From Camelus dromedarius (lineage: Eukaryota): a stretch of 64,000 nucleotides of DNA. Location: assembly GCF_036321535.1 (NCBI RefSeq), contig NC_087437.1, positions 92,940,001-93,004,000 on the forward strand, given 5' to 3'. Both the position numbers and the translations under genes were made by a program. A model generated the notes under the pieces. That model was given only the letters and a program-made list of their open reading frames with translations. It was not told where the DNA came from and searched no databases. The first letter of the stretch is position 1, and each line of letters opens with the position of its first letter. Of the stretch, positions 40,284-53,000 are shown piece after piece.

Positions 40284-40859
40284 GATCATATTGCTTTCTG
40301 AATTATAGTTAGATGTTACACAATTGATTGGTAGAAAAGGGTCATGGAACCTAATACTTACATTTGCAATTTTCTAAGATGAGACATGTGAAGAAAATTA
40401 GATTACTTTACATTCATATTTAATTTAATCATCATGGTGACACTGTAAGATGAGTTACTATTATTATATAAATCCATGCTCCTAACAATTATACTATACT
40501 GCTGGTCAGGCTAAAGATTTACAGAGGGAATAAAAAAAGGAATACAGAAGAAATAGAACTTAAGCCTTGTCTCAGATTTAACAAATAATTTTATACCATA
40601 TTTGATTTTGCTTTTTTGTGTGGAGACTAACATCCCTATCTTTCAGGGTGCTGAATATTGAAGGGAACTTCCTTGAAAATAGAAAGCTGATAGGTAGTTT
40701 GTGGGAACAGTTTGGGTTGTAGAAGGTAAGAGATCAGATTGATTATGTAAAGTGAAATTAATTATTGAGAGCTAGAATGAGATTGCTAGGAAGAAAGATG
40801 TCATTGGGCAGGGTTGTGGCATGTTGAAAAATTAGTATCTAAATATTTGCTTCCGGAGG

Positions 40860-42050
40860 TTAATCTTGTAAGTGCTTTGTCCTTTATTTCTGGAATATTT
40901 TCTTGTGTTATTTCTTTACCAGTTTTCTTCCCTCCATATTTTTTGTTCACTGTTTCAGGAAATTCTAATATTTGGATATTGAATCTCCTAGACCGTCTTG
41001 TCTTTGTGTCAAGTTGCCCACCTTTGTGACTTTCTGTTCCACTTTGAGAAGTTACTTATCTTCTAACTGCTTTTATTTTAATAATCACATTAAGACCATT
41101 TCTAATGACATGCCTTTGTTCTTTACCTTTTTCATAGATTCTGTCATTGTTAAATGCCCAAAGATACTTTTATCTTTTAAAAAATACTATAGATGTTTTA
41201 TCCCCCTAAGTTTTCTTCTTCCCTACCGCTTCACTGTTTCTTTCAGATTTCTTTTCCTGTGTTTTTATAGTCTTTTGTCTTTCGCATTGCAGGCTGCCTT
41301 GAAATGCCTGGTGATTCATGGTTAATCATATTTTAGAATGAGTTAGGAAAAGGCAATTGATCATTCTGTTCCTGGTGAGCTTTGTTCCTGGTGGTCTTCA
41401 CTGTCTGGTAGTCAGAACATGAGCCAACCTTTATATTGATGGCAGTCATTGGAAGTTTTTCTCCAGGATCATTCATTTTTTTCCAGATATACATCTTCCA
41501 CTCTCATACAAGGGGTGGGAGGAAAGGCAGGGGGTTGAGGAGTTTGTATGTGGCTACTGGCATCCATGGATAATGACAAGGAAAGTAGATAAAGGTCCCA
41601 ACTTTGAGTAAGACATCAAGTCTCCCACTTTCTGCCTTTGCCATTTGCTGTGCTTGTTGTCTCTGCGTTGCGAGCCCACGTAGTTCAGTGAACCTCTTAC
41701 CTCCTATTTGAGGGGTGAGAGGTGGCATTTTGGAGGGATATACATTTATCTGTATGGGTTAAAGAGAAGGCTCTGCTCAAGAGCCTACAGTCCTTGTGCT
41801 TCACATTGCATTTTACCTTCTTCCATGTTACTAGGTGCCTCCAGATGCCCAGTCTTCTAGGGGTTCTGTGAAGCAGACTGACCAGCTCTCTTTAGGTTCT
41901 TCCTCTGCCATCCATATTTTAACCTTTGCCTGTCTACTTAGTTCCTTACCCCTCCAACTACTTTCTACATTCCAAAAATTTGTGGAAATTTCCATTTTCT
42001 AGCTACCTCCTTTTCTGTCCTTCTCTGTTAATACTTTTTTGCATTGCTTT
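40860..42050 (-). mobile_element. Highly decayed LINE-1 5'/ORF1-region fragment
   Basis: T-rich reverse L1-like text (tctggaatattttcttgtgttatttcttt...ttcaggaaattctaatatttggatattgaatctcctaga). Boundaries approximate. Confidence 0.5.
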
Positions 42051-44754
42051 GCTATTATTTATTTCAACAGAAATTTGGTAGGTTTGTCCTCTTTTAATTC
42101 CTACTTCTTAAGCACCCTTATTTAAATGAAAGAAGGAAAAAGTACATCTACTACATAGAAGAATATTTTATAATTCTGGAGCCTCAATTGGGTATTACAT
42201 TCTGTCATACACCATGATTATAAAATTTTGGTCAGACTGATTATTTCTTGCTTGTTATGTCTTTACATATTATTGTATGTGATAAAGATTTTCTTCTCTA
42301 TGACCCACAGAAAATCCTTTACTCACTTCAATTGTTACCTGGTTCAACTTAATCAACCTTTAAGAACCTGAAACATCTAATTGTGGGAGAATGTGTAGTT
42401 AGAATTAGGTGCACTTTCCCTTACCACAGAGCTTATAATTCTTTGTGTTTTCAAAATACAACATGAATGTTAATAAACCTAAATAATATGCTAGGAAAGT
42501 GGTTTTCCTCTGTAGATGAGAATAAAGGCTCGTTGATTGGCTAATTGATTCATTTTTCTGTTCTTTTTTTTTTTCTGAAGCTCTCTAGAATGTTGATAGG
42601 AAACACAAAATAAATGTAAATTTCCAAAGCAATCTATTTTGCTAATCTATAACATAACTCTATTTACCTAGAGGGCAAGTGAGGTAGAAAGTGGAAATAT
42701 TTCCTTCTATTTTGAGCTTGCTTCACATTAATTTCTTTATCAAATTTTGCTCTTCTTTCTTAATATCTTAGCTCACACATATTTAGTTTTATATTTTCTG
42801 CACTTGACGTATTACACTGTCTTCCCTGGATGTACGTGAAGAAATAAAAGATAAAATGCCCGCACTTTGAATTTATTGTCCACCTGGAGAAAACTCACCA
42901 TAAACAAATGAGTCCCTTGAGCATTCTGTGGCTGGTGATACAGTAGAAAAGACGCTTATTTTTTTAAGAAGATTGTAACAGAAGAATAAGACTGAATAAA
43001 TAGAATATGTGGCTGTTTCCTTTTTTTTTAATTTGTTAGTTTTCTTCATTTTTGCCTAAATACCAATGGGTCCAAGAAAGAACCCAAGAAAGCAGATAAC
43101 AGAGAGGACGAGAATTAGAGATAGATTCTTAGGGAACTGGGAAGATAGAAAAGAACAAAGGTCACAGGTGGATTAGTTAGGGAATGATTATAGGAAGAAA
43201 TATATTTTAAGTCTGGTCTTGAAGGAGTTAATAGACGTAGATCAATGAATAGGTTGTCAGGGGTCAATTAGAGAATAAAAGAATATAAAGCCAAGCAGGA
43301 CTGTACAGGAATTAACCAAGTCTGTGTGGGAGGCAATGGTCAGTTTGGCTCATACTGACTTACGAAGATAACAACTGTATAAGGAGACTAAATGAAATAG
43401 TGAATCTATTTTAGGAAATTTTACTCTCAAAGCGTGCAGGGTAATACAGTTGCTAAATTTTGACAGAAATTCTTGTTTTCTTTTTCTTAAATCCTGCGTT
43501 TCTTACTTTAAAAAAAAAGTAATTTTTAATAATGAACAATTTATTCTTTAACTCGTGTTTTTTGTTTGTTTGTTTTCCTTAGGATTTTGACCCTTAATGA
43601 TCTCATTTTTTTCTCACAAATGTTCATACTCTCTCTTCTAGAGCATATAAAAGTGCTAAGTATCTCATTTTCAATTAAAAAAAAGATAGCCACCATTAAT
43701 GAACCCTGAATGTTCTCTCTTCTTCTTTTATGTTGTAAAGATTCCTAGAAAGAACTTTACTATCACGTACGTCTGTTCTTTCTATATCCTCATTTCCCTT
43801 TCACTGGTTTCCATCCTCTCCTACTCTGATTTAATAACAAAAAATAAAATAAAGTAGTAAAAATAACTGGATGATGGTAGTTTAAATTTGAGACCTATGA
43901 ATGAAGCAATATAAATCTCATTTCCCATTATGAATCATTTGAACTACATAGTCACATAGTATTTCATATAGATTTATGGATGAGTTCCACTGTGTCATGG
44001 CCTATGATAGGATCTCAATGTTCTGCAGTTCCTGAGTGATCATTTCTAGTTATGCCATGGATAGGTATATTCCTTTGCTATGTGCCACCTGCCAACTCAA
44101 AACTTGTCACAAGTTATTGTTTTTTGCAGCTTACTTGTTAACACGTTCTTTTCCTGAGGCACATCCTGTAGAAATCCTTTTAGTGATGACTTGAGATCTT
44201 ATATACTTGTCTAGGATTAAAGTGTATTTGTTATATAGATCTAGTTTTGTCTTATATCCAGTGTTACTGATAAAAATCCTGATAATTTGATTTTTATTCC
44301 TATGCAAGTAATCAGTTTTTTCTCCTGGTAGTCACTTGGATTTCCACTTTATCCTTGATGTTCTTAAATTTTCACTATCCTCTGCCTTAATACAGAATTA
44401 CATTACTTATTCTTTTCTTGAAACAATCTTATCCTTATAACTCATCTTTTGGGTTCTTATTTCTTTCTTCAGTCCATTTTCATATTATAGCCATATCCAT
44501 CATTCTAAAATTTGAAATCTGCTCATGTTTATCTTTCTATTTTAAAACCTTTGTGATAAACTCTCCCCAACCATATTTGATTATAACCAGGGTTTTCAAA
44601 CTGTGTGACAAGGGCTGACCAGATCAGTTTTCAGATTCCCCAGCACTCACCTGCAATAAGGAGATTCCTTTTGTGTTTTATAGTTGGGCTCCCATGTATG
44701 ACTATGTCTAAGTAATGATTTATCTGTTTTAAAAGAATTGAACAAGACTGGCCT

Positions 44755-45620
44755 CTACGATGAATTCCATGCTCCTTAGCTTGCCATGCAAAACCCTCCA
44801 TGCCCTGGCCTTTGGGTTCCTCTCTAGCTTTGTCTTTATTCTTATTTCAGTCTGTTTGGGCTGCTATAATAAATACTACAGACTGAGTGCCTTAAAAGTG
44901 ACAGAAATGTATTTCTGCCAGATCTGGAGGCTAGAAGTGTGAGGTCAGGGTGTCAGCATGGTAGAGTTCTAGTAGTGAGGGGGGCTCTTTTCCAGGTTAT
45001 AGACTGCCATCTTCTCATTGGTAATGTCTCTTCAAGTGGCAGAGGACAGAGAGAGGAAGCAAGCTCTCTTATAAGGGCACTAATCCCATTCATGAGGGCC
45101 CCACCCTTTTGACCTCATCTATGCTAATTACCTCCCATAGAACCCAACCTCCTAAAACCATTACACTTGGGGGTTGGGTTTCAGCATATACGTTTTGGGG
45201 GACACACACATTCAGTCCATAACAATAAGATTTAACATCCACACTGAATTACTTGCTGTTGCTTAAACGTTATTCTGGTCATATCTCTACAAATGCAAAG
45301 ACAGCGTCCCTTTTACAGGGAAGGGCTTTCCCCAGTTTTAGCAATCTGACAAACTCCTAATCTTTGATACAGTGTTTATGTGCCATTTATTTTTGGTGAA
45401 GTTTTTCATAATACTAAACTCCACTTTTCACTTACCGGTTACCCCTTCTGCCACAAGCCTCTCTAGGGCCTGTTTCCACCGTACTCACTGTGATGACATG
45501 TACTTTAAAGATTGTGAACTTTTTGAGGAGAGGGTCAGTATCTTGGTCATCTTTCTGTCTCTGGAACCTCGTAATGTCTGATTCATAGAAACTATTAAAC
45601 ATGTTTATTGACTGCGTGGA
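44755..45620 (+). mobile_element. LINE-2 3' region interrupted by an MLT1A LTR
   Basis: ctccttagcttgccatgcaaaaccctccatgccctggcc before the LTR; gattgtgaactttttgaggagaggg...catgtttattgactg after it. Confidence 0.6.
44843..45224 (-). mobile_element. MLT1A-like MaLR solo LTR, full length
   Basis: cagtctgtttgggctgctataa...cttataagggcactaatcccattcatgagggcccc...gggggacacacacattcagtccataaca. Confidence 0.9.
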
Positions 45621-47344
45621 TGAAAAGTTAGAGATCATCAGGTGAGTGCATTTGCCACTCCTGGAAATATTTTTGCATATGCATGTTCTACAGAAAGTGA
45701 AAGAAATTTATAAAGTGTGTTTAGTCATTTTAAATTTTCTTCGAGCTTAGGCATCTTCAACCTATAGAATTGCTATGTTTAGGAGGAATCCTGTTGGTAT
45801 CAGGGTTAAAAACAGACAAAATAAACAAATATTGGTCTGGAAATCACAATTTGTTTTAATTAGTCTTTAGCATTTTCTGTGTTACTTTTAAAACAAAGAT
45901 TTCTGTGAGTCACTGTTTAGAGAACCTAATATTAGAAAAGAGTTTGCCTTTCTCCTGAAGATACAAAATACTTATTTTTGTCTCATGGTTCCCCCTTTTC
46001 TCTTGTCTGTCAGAAAACTTAAAATTAAGTGAATTGTACACTGGTGATAACCGTCCATCTCCAGAGTCCGGTAACATTATCTCGCCTCCCTGCCCTCCAG
46101 CCCTTCTCTCTTCTGACCGTTTTCATTGTAATTGCTGATTTTTTTCTTCTCATTTTATTTTTAAATATTACATTACATTTTAAAAACTGCAAGCTGTTTT
46201 TTTTTTTCTTTTTGGGGAAGTAAGAAGAATATAAATCAGATGTATGTAAATCTGTGAATAAGGACAGGGAATCATTTCAAGTCAGGACCCAGAACTGGTT
46301 TAATATTTCTTTAAATCATCTGTGAATAAATGGGTGATGCCTCATTCATTTTTCTTGTAGTTCAGAACCAATTAGTTAGGAGGCTATAAAATGGATTTAC
46401 TATGGGATGTGCCAGGGGTCACAGTGTTTAGGCGTTTAGATGAGTACTATAGAGAGAGAAAAGACCAACTGTGAGATGATGTTACTCTTGCCCCAAATAA
46501 ATAATTAGATGTTATTTTCTCTGGGTGAAGCACATATCATCTCTGTTTTAGACTTTTTCCTCATGGAAAACTTTCTCTCAACTTTGAAGGATGTTTACTT
46601 TTGACACAATGAAATAGAAATCTGGGATGTCTGTTTTACTGAAGGTACAATAAATTATAGTGAAAGAAAAATTAGTTCATTTGTCTCTCTTACGTATGTA
46701 GGTGAAAACGTATTACAGCTTGCGTATGTTAAGCCTGATTTCGAAGTTTTCCAAGGCAAGGCCCAGGATCATGAACTGCTCAGATGACATAGTTTTGTTT
46801 TCCTTTTTCATTTCAGCTAAAGCCCTGCAGAGAGTAGGAGGTTGTCGGCGAGATATCAGCGGCAGGGTAGGGATTGCTTTTCTGAAGTCATTATGAATTA
46901 ACAGCTAATGGGTAGCTTTCTTTGATAGCTCGTTTATAATTGAGTGCAGATAGATGAAAATCAAACACAAAGGAACTCAATTTTATCATTAATTTTGACT
47001 TTGTTTAACAGATGATTTCTGGGCACCACAGCAGCCTTCCTAATTTGTCTGTGTATGAGAAGAAACTAATCATACACAGCTCAGAGAACAAATAACATAG
47101 TTTTCCCAAAAAGGTCACCTTCAGAGACAAGCACAAGCAAAAATCAAACTCACAAACCTGTTGATTTCTTCCATCTCTCATGTTTTATTTTCCTGTTTTC
47201 CTTCTTTTTAAAACGTAGTATGTTAAATAATTATTTCGTAATTCAAAATATGCAGTAATTGACTATCCAGAAATATATAGCCCAAATTAGGCTATAAATA
47301 TAATCAGGTTTGTTCCTTTTAAAAAGGCTTCCTTTCTTTTATTT

Positions 47345-47590
47345 ATCAGTTAGCACTTATTATACACCAGTTACTATTTTAAATACTTTATGAATATTAG
47401 TTTATTTAGCCCTTATACCAGCCCTATCAGGAAGGTCTTATTATCATCATTCCCATATTTTCAGATGAGGAACTGAGGCACAGAAAAATTACATAACTGG
47501 CTCCAAGTCACATAGCTGGCTGATAGCTGGCAGAGATGGGATTCAAATCCAGGAAGTCTGACTATAGAGGTTGTGTTCTTAACATAACAT
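47345..47590 (-). mobile_element. MIR SINE, near full length
   Basis: cagatgaggaactgaggcacaga...caagtcacatagct...ggcagagatgggattcaaatccagg. Confidence 0.85.
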
Positions 47591-48619
47591 TATGTTACAC
47601 TGCTATAATTTATTAGTTTAATTATAGTTCCTGTGATTTCTTGATAACTATGTTTAAAAACACTACCAAGCATAGCCTTTGGCTAAAGTGATAAACCTTT
47701 GCAAATCCTAATATGTTTTTTTAGAGTACATGTTTTCCTGTGAGCAAGTGGCGATAAAAGTAAAACATTTGGGAGAACACAGAAGACAATCTGACATTTT
47801 TAATTATTAGAAATATTCAGTAGAACATATACTATACATAATATAGTTATTTAAGTATATACAGACACATTTGTACACACATGCACACACATGTATATTA
47901 TATGTATATATTTCTAGTAGGTATTTTATAGAATCATAACTAGACATCATGACATCAGTGGGAGGGTAGCTTACAGTGAGGATCCTCAAAGGAGACTGCA
48001 CACAGATTGACACAGTTTGATTTCATGATAATGCTAGTCATTATGTATGTATGTATGTACGCATGCATAATTGTAGTTAGTTTTATAGTTATAGACGCCA
48101 GAACATGACAAGGCAAGGTGGATTTTACTTTTTAAATCTAGACTGGTCCCTATGCCTCATGTGAAAACACGTCCATGTTTTACCTCTCTGGCCAGACTAG
48201 TCAGTCTGGGGGCTGCTCTGAAAGGGCAAGGTTCAGAAAGTGAGGTCCTGGTGGCTCAGTGAGACCAATGCATGGTATCTGGAAGGAGATCAGTAACGTT
48301 ACAGAATTAAAGAAGTAACAGACTAAAAGTATCCACAGAGAAAAGCTGAGGATAGGGGATGAAAGAAACCCAATTGCTTGTAAAGCTTGTGTGGCTGGAC
48401 TGAGGATGGATGGATGAGTCAGAAACGAATGTGGTTAAGAAAACCAAATGAGGTGTGAGTGAGCCAGATGAAGCGAATGTTCCATCATGCTAGTCCCTAT
48501 ATTTGGATTATAATGTGTTTTGCTGGCCCAGGACCACAGTTGGTTGACTTTGCATGTTTATTACTCTTTATTAAGGTTGTTTATGTCTCAGTCATCTAAT
48601 CAGGTAAAATATTGGTGAT

Positions 48620-49010
48620 TTTACTTTGTCAAAGATCAAAATAACAGTGTCTTAATTGAGAGAGGTAATTTGTTTCTGTCTGAAGTAAAAATCCGGGTCA
48701 GTAGGTATTCGGTGGATAAACTGCTTCTCCTATATGTGTATGTTCAGACCAGGTCCCTTACATCCCACTGGTCTTCTGCCTCCAAGTGTGTTATCCACAC
48801 GATAGGCAATACTCACCATTTCTCTGTGTTTCCTTCAGGAAGAGAAAAACAAGGTCAAGGCATTCTCTTTTAAGGATGTAAACATATCACTTCTGTATGC
48901 ATCCTTTTGTCCAGATCATTGTTACATTGACCATCCTAGCTGCAAGGAATGTTGGGAAATGTGGTTTTACCTTCGGGACCATTTGTCCAGCTAAAATTCA
49001 TCAGGTTCTG
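48620..49010 (-). mobile_element. Old MaLR LTR (MLT1J/K-like)
   Basis: atcacttctgtatgcatccttttgtccaga...cctagctgcaaggaatgttgggaaatgtggttt. Confidence 0.6.
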
Positions 49011-50223
49011 TTTCATTTAAAGGAAAAATAGAGGGTTGACTGCCATTGCCATTTAAAAGGAACTTTTTAAGGAAATGGAAGAATTAACCTTGTGCTAGAA
49101 ATGTTCTTTTTTTTATACTTACCTGATCAACTGTAAATAATATATCCTTTTTTCTATGCTATAGAAACACATAGTTTTAAAACTTTTCTGAGTTAATTCA
49201 TTATAACTTAGCAAAAGTGTAGTGTTCTTAATTCTAAAAAAAATTTGGAGGATATGACTGATATTATTAGTAATACACACTCAAGGATATAGCTAGTATT
49301 ATTAATAGTGTGAAATCATAATGGCGTGCTTTAGATCACTGCAAACAACAACATTAAACAAATAAAATGAAAGTAAAATCCTAAAGCAGTCTGGAATTTA
49401 TTAGATATTATGTGAGGCTTAGAATTGTGCCACATTTTGAAGGATGTCCAAATTATCATGAAATGCCAGTCTTACTTTTAATGCTATTTTTAGTTTGACA
49501 ACAATTTCTGCATAAAATAAGAGTAGGATTTTAATGAAAACACTGTGTGTAAATACAGCAGTGTGGGATGTAAAAGCATACTAAGCAGAATCTGCAACTG
49601 ACAGCAGCCGGGCTCTAACCTGATTTTCTTGAATAGCAAAATTGAGCATGTAGACCTACCGCTTCTGGTGACAGAGAATTCATAGGACAGCTGGATGGGT
49701 ACAGTTGAGATACCTAAAATTTAACGTGGGGTTCAAGAAGAATGACTTCCCTTCTCTTCATAACAAAGCTAAATAGATATCGGCTCTAATTTTTTTGTGT
49801 GTTGGTGGTGAGCATTTTTTAATGCACATATTTAAATCTTCACTTTTCAAAAAAAAAAATTAAGTTCTATAGGAAGATCAGATAAGAAGGAAAGGGTGTG
49901 AGCCAGCATTTATCTGTAAAGTTATAGTAATAAATGAAAGTGATTTTTAAACTGTTTCTCATAGTATTGGAAGAGCTTTAGACAGAAGATTACTCTTTGA
50001 AACTGGTAAGTTGGTTAAACATTTTTAAGCACAACCATCAGTAAACTTTCTCGCTCTAGGGATCTTGCCCTGCTCCCAGCTCAGTGTCACCAAGTTGCAT
50101 GGCCTTCAGGCCATACACTGTGGTGAACATCCTATAGATATTGCCTTTATTCATAAAGTCTCCCTTCCCACATCTGTGCTGTTGATTTGCATGTCTAAAA
50201 AATCCGGTGTGTCAGTACCAAAG

Positions 50224-50380
50224 CACTGATTCTCAAACTTCACCTTGTAACAGGAACACCTGGCAGCCTTGTTAAAAGACACGGCCCAGGGTGTCTGATG
50301 AGCTTGCCAAGTTGAATTTCCACAAGTTCCCAGATACTACCAGTGTTACTGGGGCAGGGACCACACTCTGAGAACTGTTC
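50224..50380. mobile_element. MER5A-like hAT-Charlie MITE
   Basis: gattctcaaactt...cacctggcagccttgttaaaa...caagttcccaga...gggaccacactctgagaac. Confidence 0.72.
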
Positions 50381-51469
50381 AAAGAACTCTGCTGTTGCTT
50401 AGTATGTACTGTTAGTTGACAATGCTTTAAAAAACAGAGCTGTGTCCTCCAATCTTGTTTTTTTTTTTTTCTTTTCTTTCATTGTTTTGTTTTGTTTTGA
50501 ATTTGTAAATCTTGTGGTCCCTTGCAAATACATGTTGGCTTTATTTTGATCAGTTTTATACAACTGTTTTAATTCTAACGAGGAAGAGTATGGGCCAGGT
50601 TGAATAAACAGGAGCTTGAGCAAGATACTATGTTTTATTTTGTTGGGTAGAGAAATAAACTCAGACCAGGAAAACACTTGAATGCCTTTAAAATTTTTCC
50701 TCTCACTACCCAAAGTGTGCTATTTTAGTTTACTTCCCACATCAAATAACCCTATTCAGTGAAACTTATACCATCAGAGTTGCAGAGTTCTTTAAAGTCA
50801 TGGAGACCTTCCTCAGCCCCTCTCCCCCAAAACAAGATTAGGATACATGAATTCATGTAGTCACTTTTATCAAGTCAGTTCTAGGAGTCCTGCTACAGCA
50901 GTTTTCTTAAAGGCAAAGCATTGGAGTAGAAGTTGGTGTCAATGTTCACTAATTTTAGAGTCCACCTACTGTCTTGTTAGCTGTATACCATGAAAAATTA
51001 TTTTGTGTAGTGAATTAGATAAAAAAGACTTTGGAATATGTAAGTTCATTATATGTCATTTATGGCTTTCACAAGTTACATAACTGAGCCTTTTGACTAC
51101 TACCCCCCAGTTTGTATTTAAAAATTTCTAATAGGTTTCAAAAAATAGTACCTATGTAGATTTCAATTTGCTGATTTTTCATATCCATAATTAATATAGT
51201 GATTATTTTTATTTTCTCCAGGTACATATTTCATAATTTAAATGTTTGTTCTCTCGTAATACAATTGATAGAACAAATCATTTCCTTGGAGTGTACTGCC
51301 CAATGACATTCAGTGCAGTACCATGTCTCAACTGAGTATCTAATACGTAGTTGATACCATGTGACATTACTCCTGTGCACTCTGCCTATTATTTGGCTTT
51401 GACATTATATTGGTGCCAATACTACCTGCATTTCAGGGGATACGTATCTCCATGTTCTCTTGAGTGGTG

Positions 51470-51680
51470 GTAATAGTGTGATTTATACAAGCATGGACTC
51501 CAGCCAGACTGCCTTTGTTCACTTGCCCTTTCCAATACCTGCTAATGAGGTGAACTTTGGCTAGTCATTCTCTTCCTGTAAACTGGGAATAATAATTGTA
51601 CTTAACCCATAGAATTGGTGGGAGAGAAAAGGCATTTACCACAGTTCCTGGTACTTAGTAATACTCTATAATCTCAAATA
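51470..51680 (+). mobile_element. MIR SINE
   Basis: agcatggactccagccagactgcct...ctgtaaactgggaataataattgtactta...cacagttcctggtacttagtaa. Confidence 0.78.
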
Positions 51681-52850
51681 TTTTTCTTTTCCATGCATAT
51701 GCAGAGAGACCATTTTTATTTAGCCTTTAATACTCACATCTTTGTAGACTTTGTGAATACAGGCCAGATATTTTAGAAATTGTATAAAAAGGCAGTATCT
51801 GATGAGTCTGAAATCAGCATTAGTTCCCTCCCTACAAAATGCTCTGTTTCCTGAGATTCAGTTGGTGTGTTCATGGGATTACTCCAGCAACGTATGAAAA
51901 TTCGCAGGAGTGTTTATGGAAACTGTGTGCTTTGCCCAGCACTTATTTATATAAGGAATTTTATGTGCTTTTGAGCACTCATTTTCTTAACTCAAAGTTT
52001 ACATTTTAGGAATCTTGAAACTATGTATAAAATCTCTATACAACTTTGAAAGAAATCTTAATGAAATGTTATGGGTGAGATCAAGGAGATTGTGAGCCAA
52101 AATGAAACTACCACAGTGAAAATGGATAAAGAATCCTTAATGAAGAAAATAACTATTGGAAATGAGAAAAGCTAGTTCTTCTGAGACTAATCAAATACAG
52201 GGACTGGATGTGAATAATCAATAAGATCTAATCAATGTGAAAATGCGTATCATAGGAAATGTATTAAACGGTGAGCACTGGAATGAACTTGGATACTGTT
52301 CTCATATTGCACACACATTTTTGTCCATCCAGTAACCAACTGAGTCTTTCATATTTTGGTGAAGACAATTCCCATAGTCTTCCCAGTGACCTCTAACAAG
52401 TTGCGAGAACAAATTTGTCTGTTTCTGCTTATAACTCCTGAAGCTTGTCAACTATAAATTGACTCACCATTGGGTACAATTATTTTGTGTTTCATGTGAT
52501 TGCTTAAACACACTACACTGAAATTTGCCTAAACCATATTATTTTAGTTTACCATAACTTATAAGTAATATACAGATAAAACAAATTTCTTAGTCTAATG
52601 GGTAATGGGAATGTATTCTAAGAGAGATGCCTTTGCAAAAGTGCCCATATATTTATTATGTTTCAGCCTTATTACAGGGTAATGCACACACCTAAATTGT
52701 ATACTACCAAGCAAATAGTTGCTTTACTTAGACGGCTTTATGTTATTTATAAATGATCCCTACTTATCTAGGAAAAGAAGGCTTCTACTAGGCCTACTTG
52801 AAGGATAATAATTTAAATTAGATTAAACTTTGAATGTAATGAATATTTGA

Positions 52851-53000
52851 GGGGGAGGCTATATAGCTCATTGGTAGAGTGCATGCTTAGCATGCACAAG
52901 GTCCTGGGTTCAGTCCCTAGTACCTCCATTCAAAAAGAAAGAAAGAAAGAAAGAAACTAATTACCACCACCACCACCCCCCACCCCACGCCCGCCAAAAG
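52851..53000 (+). mobile_element. tRNA-Ala(AGC)-derived SINE of the camelid Vic-1 type
   Basis: Head gggggagg..tatagctcattggtagagtgcatgcttagcatgcacaaggtcctgggttcagtccctagtacctcca with Pol III A box (tagctcattgg) and B box (ggttcagtcc), followed by an A-rich (GAAA)n run, ctaattacc and a C-rich tail. Confidence 0.88.

Noticed and set aside
52851..52928. Functional tRNA-Ala(AGC) gene
   Set aside because: Acceptor and anticodon stems are disrupted and it is followed by a SINE-type tail rather than a T-run terminator.
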